Source: Candidatus Poribacteria bacterium (GTDB taxonomy: Bacteria > Poribacteria > WGA-4E > WGA-3G). From it: a DNA stretch of 64,000 bases. The DNA is taken from positions 2,368,001 to 2,432,000 of the forward strand of contig OZ243938.1 of NCBI GenBank assembly GCA_965214095.1, in the 5' to 3' direction. The translations under genes and the position numbers were made by a program. Numbering within the stretch: position 1 is the stretch's first letter; each line of letters opens with the position of its first letter. Under the pieces are notes generated by a model, which saw only the letters and a list, made by a program, of their open reading frames with translations, made no database searches and had not been told where the DNA came from. Shown here in pieces: positions 60,207 through 64,000 of the stretch.

Positions 60207-61484
60207 ATGAAACATTATTGTTTGATTCTTACACTTCTCATTGTAATTGTCAGTCTTTCTCCAAAACCTGTTGTGAAATCCGATTCGGACTCAGCCATAA
60301 TATCGGACCAAAACTTGGCTGAAGTTGTGAAAAAGGCTGTTGGTTTAAGTCCAAACGATCCCATTTCAAAAGAAAAATTAAAGAAAATCAAGAAATTAGA
60401 TGCAGTCAACATCGGTATAAAAACATTGTCCGGGATAGAAAACTTAACAGGTCTAACTTCTCTCCGCCTCGGCGGAAACCAAATTAGAGATATAGCACCA
60501 CTCGCTGAATTAAAACATATTGAGACATTAGAACTTGGTAGAAACCAAATTAGAGATATTACACCACTCATTGAATTGACACAACTTGAATGGTTATATC
60601 TCTACGATAATCAAATTAAAGACATTAAACCACTTTCGGAACTAAAAGAACTTAGGCATTTACTTATCTGGCGTAATGAATTCAACGATATCTCACCACT
60701 CGCTGGATTGACGAAACTTATGGAGTTGGGCATATCAGACACGCAAACTACTGACCTGATAGCACTTACAAAATTGACACAACTTACACGTTTAGTCTTC
60801 TCGAATAGTCAACTAAGGGATATAACTCCGCTCAAAGGGATGTCGCATCTGAGGTCCATTGATCTACGTAACAATCAGATTGAAGATATTACACCATTAG
60901 CGGAATTATCAGAACTTACAAATTTGTGGATTGATGGAAATCAAATCAACGACATTAAACCACTCGTAAATTTGACTAAATTAGACTGGCTCCTGTTAGG
61001 TAATAATAAAATTAAAGACATTGCACCACTGGCAGGATTAACAAAATTGACATTTTTGAGACTAAGCGGTAATCAAATTATTGATCTTAAACACCTATCC
61101 GGATTGACACAACTCACACAACTACAATTGGGTGGAGACCATATCAGTGACATTACCGATCTGGTTCAGTTACTTGCAGGATTACCACGTCTTGATACTT
61201 TATACCTTGCAAATAGTCAAATTAACGATCTTACACCGCTTGCTAAATTAAAAGGGTTGAAACGTCTATTCCTGCGTAATAACCACATTAAGGATATTAC
61301 ACCACTCACAGAATTAACACAGCTCACAAGATTATGGTTAGATAGTAATCAAATAAGTGATTTCAGTGGTATTGAAAACTTGAAAAATCTACAAGTTTTG
61401 AGTATTAGGGATAACCCACTTCAAGATATGACACCGGTCAATAAACTTAAAGAACAGTTTCCAAGTATGAAAGTATTTCGCTAA
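60207..61484 (+). CDS. Internalin-like LRR secreted protein
   Basis: GAGG SD, MKHY signal, ISDQNLAEVVK cap; no lipobox Cys. Confidence 0.9.
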   Translation: MKHYCLILTLLIVIVSLSPKPVVKSDSDSAIISDQNLAEVVKKAVGLSPNDPISKEKLKKIKKLDAVNIGIKTLSGIENLTGLTSLRLGGNQIRDIAPLAELKHIETLELGRNQIRDITPLIELTQLEWLYLYDNQIKDIKPLSELKELRHLLIWRNEFNDISPLAGLTKLMELGISDTQTTDLIALTKLTQLTRLVFSNSQLRDITPLKGMSHLRSIDLRNNQIEDITPLAELSELTNLWIDGNQINDIKPLVNLTKLDWLLLGNNKIKDIAPLAGLTKLTFLRLSGNQIIDLKHLSGLTQLTQLQLGGDHISDITDLVQLLAGLPRLDTLYLANSQINDLTPLAKLKGLKRLFLRNNHIKDITPLTELTQLTRLWLDSNQISDFSGIENLKNLQVLSIRDNPLQDMTPVNKLKEQFPSMKVFR

Positions 61485-61528
61485 TCAAAACTATCTATGC
61501 GTTGAAGCATAAAGTGGAGGTATGACAC

Positions 61529-62719
61529 ATGACAAAGTTAGCAATAAATGGTGGTGAGCCAGTTGCCAAGCAAGGTTTAGGCAAAGGTTGGCCCATTCAT
61601 GATGAAACAGAAGAGAATGCGTTGTTAGAAGTTATACGAAGCGGTGCTTGGAACAGGCGTGAAAAGGTTGATGAAGTCGCTGAAAAATTTGCCGCATATC
61701 ACGATGCAAAATACGGCATTCCACTTGCGAATGGGACTGTAGCGTTACAGTGCGCGTTAAAGGCTGCTGGTATAACTGCTGGCGATGAAGTCATCGTTCC
61801 GGCACTCACATTCGTAGCGACAGGAACATCAGCTGTATGCGTCAATGCAGTGCCAGTTATCGTTGACATAGACCCACTCACCTACAACATCGCACCCGAT
61901 GCAATTGAGGCAGCGATTACCCCACGCACACGCGCAGTCATCCCAGTACATAATGGCGGTTACCCGGCAGATATGGACGCTATTATGGAGATTGCTGAAA
62001 AACATAATCTAAAGGTGATTGAGGATTGCGCGCATGCACACGGTTCACAATGGCGTGGCAAAGGTGTCGGTTCAATCGGACATCTCGGCACATTCAGTTT
62101 TCAGATAGGTAAAACGTTAACGTGCGGTGAAGGCGGGATGGTACTGACGAATGACGAAGATCTTGCAAACAGGGCAGGTCAAATCGCAAATCTAAACATG
62201 CGTATGACAAACTTGCAAGCTGCACTTCTGTTGTCGCAACTCGAACGGTTAGATGAACAGGTAGAGACGCGCGAACGAAATATGGCGTATCTTGTGAAGG
62301 GCATGGAGCAAATAGAGGGAATCCATCCGATACCGCGCGATGAACGCGTCACCAGATGGTGTTTCTACTATTGGGATTTTCGTTTCGTATCTGATGAATT
62401 CGGTGGCATTTCACGCGGACGATTTATGGAAGCACTCAGTGCGGAAGGTGTTCCCTGCGGTGTCGGTGCTCATGGACAACCCATATATAATGAAGGTCCT
62501 TTTGCTGATGCTGATTTGTTTGACCGACTTGGATTGCCACGAGAATACCTCGGCGACCGAGCGATTGATTACAGCAAAGTTCACTGTCCGGAAGCAGAAC
62601 GTGTATATCACGAAGAAGTATGCAGTTTTGGACATGCCATGTTTTTAGGCGACACAGACGATATGCAACTGATTTTAGATGCATTCCAAAAGATTAGAAA
62701 ACACGTAGATGAATTGTAA
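61529..62719 (+). CDS. DegT/DnrJ/EryC1/StrS PLP-dependent aminotransferase
   Basis: NGTVAL, GDEVIVPALTF, IEDCAHAHG and FSFQIGKTLTCGEGG motifs. Confidence 0.92.
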   Translation: MTKLAINGGEPVAKQGLGKGWPIHDETEENALLEVIRSGAWNRREKVDEVAEKFAAYHDAKYGIPLANGTVALQCALKAAGITAGDEVIVPALTFVATGTSAVCVNAVPVIVDIDPLTYNIAPDAIEAAITPRTRAVIPVHNGGYPADMDAIMEIAEKHNLKVIEDCAHAHGSQWRGKGVGSIGHLGTFSFQIGKTLTCGEGGMVLTNDEDLANRAGQIANLNMRMTNLQAALLLSQLERLDEQVETRERNMAYLVKGMEQIEGIHPIPRDERVTRWCFYYWDFRFVSDEFGGISRGRFMEALSAEGVPCGVGAHGQPIYNEGPFADADLFDRLGLPREYLGDRAIDYSKVHCPEAERVYHEEVCSFGHAMFLGDTDDMQLILDAFQKIRKHVDEL

Positions 62720-62736
62720 CCTATAATTTGGTATAT

Positions 62737-64000
62737 CTACTGCAACTTCAACGGAACATCTAACGTCTGCGGGAACGAACACTCTGTTTCATTACAAGGT
62801 TGGTAGTCAAGTTTTAGTATAATCGGAACGGTTTTCTTAAGAACGGTATTCGGTTTCTGCGTTAATTTCATGGGAATCGTAAACGTCCCTTCATACACAT
62901 TCACGGCTTCAGGACTGAACTCAAATACCACCGATTTACCTTCAGGATATTGCACTTGAGATATTTTAACTAGTGCATCTTCCGCCACAGTTATTGTTGT
63001 TGGGATAAGATTATCTTGACCTGCAGGATTTGCATTGATATGCCAACCTTTTGCTATTTTTACTTGCACCTCAACGTCAATATGGTTACCTTTAGCAGGT
63101 GTTTTTATCTTAGCCGTTGCGGTTACAAGGGATTGATTTGAATCGCCAAGTCCCAATTCTCCAAGTGGTGTTTGCGGTAGGACTGAAACGTCAGGGGTAG
63201 ATTCTTTTTCATTTGATATGTCATCTGAGTTCAAGTATCCATTGAGTGCATAGAGCATGTGCATGAAAGACGATGGAGATTCTTCCATTGACCTTGCGAA
63301 GCTGCGTAGCGTCTTTTCAATATAGTCGCTATAACTTGTACCAAGCATTAAGAGGTTATTAACTGCTACAGCATTGCCCGACGGAATAGCAGAATCATGC
63401 GGTTTTTTGGTGCGAACAATCAGTTGCTTTGCATCTGCCTTTGTGTAAAAGAAACCACCATTCTGGTTATCCCAAAAGAGTTCAATCATCTTGTCAGTAA
63501 GTGTTTTCGCAGTTTGAAACCAACGGTCTTCTCCAGTTGCCTTGGCCAAACCTATTAATCCTCGCACTAAAAATGCGTAATCATCCAAATAGGCATCGTA
63601 ATTTGCAACATCCACAGTATATGTATGCCATAATTCACCGTTGGGTTTTGTCATGTTATCCAAAATAAACTGTGATGCATTTGATGCAGCGGCAAGATAC
63701 TTTTCATCACCTAATACTTCATAGCCATAAGCAAGTGCGTCTATCATCAGACCGTTCCAACTCACAATAACCTTTGTATCAAGCAATGGATACTCACGTT
63801 CAGTTCGGGCTGTCAAGAGTGTATCCCGCGCAGATTGTAAGTATTCTAACGATACTTCCGATTCTTCCCTTTTGGGAACATATAGGACACTTTTCCCTTC
63901 AAAGTTAGCACCCTCATCCACACCGTAAATAGAGGAGAACTTTTTGAGATCTTTTTTCGGTATAACGTTCTCTATTTCGTCTTTAGTCCAAACATAGTAT
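62737..64000 (-). CDS. YyaL/DUF255-like protein with C-terminal DsbD-N-like domain, 5'-partial
   Basis: DTKVIVSWNGLMI, YLDDYAF, GGFFYT, DSAIPSGN, GWHINAN and YQPCNETECSFP motifs. Confidence 0.85.
   Translation of the reverse strand, partial: YYVWTKDEIENVIPKKDLKKFSSIYGVDEGANFEGKSVLYVPKREESEVSLEYLQSARDTLLTARTEREYPLLDTKVIVSWNGLMIDALAYGYEVLGDEKYLAAASNASQFILDNMTKPNGELWHTYTVDVANYDAYLDDYAFLVRGLIGLAKATGEDRWFQTAKTLTDKMIELFWDNQNGGFFYTKADAKQLIVRTKKPHDSAIPSGNAVAVNNLLMLGTSYSDYIEKTLRSFARSMEESPSSFMHMLYALNGYLNSDDISNEKESTPDVSVLPQTPLGELGLGDSNQSLVTATAKIKTPAKGNHIDVEVQVKIAKGWHINANPAGQDNLIPTTITVAEDALVKISQVQYPEGKSVVFEFSPEAVNVYEGTFTIPMKLTQKPNTVLKKTVPIILKLDYQPCNETECSFPQTLDVPLKLQ

Overview
Bacterial chromosomal window whose gene content (tandem secreted WD40 and internalin-like LRR genes, TPR and ASPIC/UnbV proteins, PhyH dioxygenases, mandelate-racemase-type enolases, LamG proteins with a C-terminal PxxKLxTxWGxxK motif) suggests a Candidatus Poribacteria-like sponge symbiont; this taxonomy is inference. 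Core genes include ackA, korA/korB, murB, an MFS transporter, ABC components and a DegT aminotransferase. Mobile DNA: (i) an IS200/IS605 element (tnpA with a mutated HUH motif, intact tnpB) that splits a GNAT gene; (ii) a decayed tnpB-only element with the same left-end hairpin, inserted after about codon 5 of murB, whose right end supplies a new in-frame start; (iii) a 1000-bp IS5-family element nested in a MITE; (iv) a MITE family with TWA target duplications that twice coincide with TAA stop codons; (v) three GTAG-type REP families with compensatory stem changes. Also present are an FRG-TPR-membrane protein operon (candidate defence system) and an in-frame MNT-HEPN fusion. No rRNA, tRNA or CRISPR array was recognised. 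All product calls come from reading motifs by eye, with no database search.
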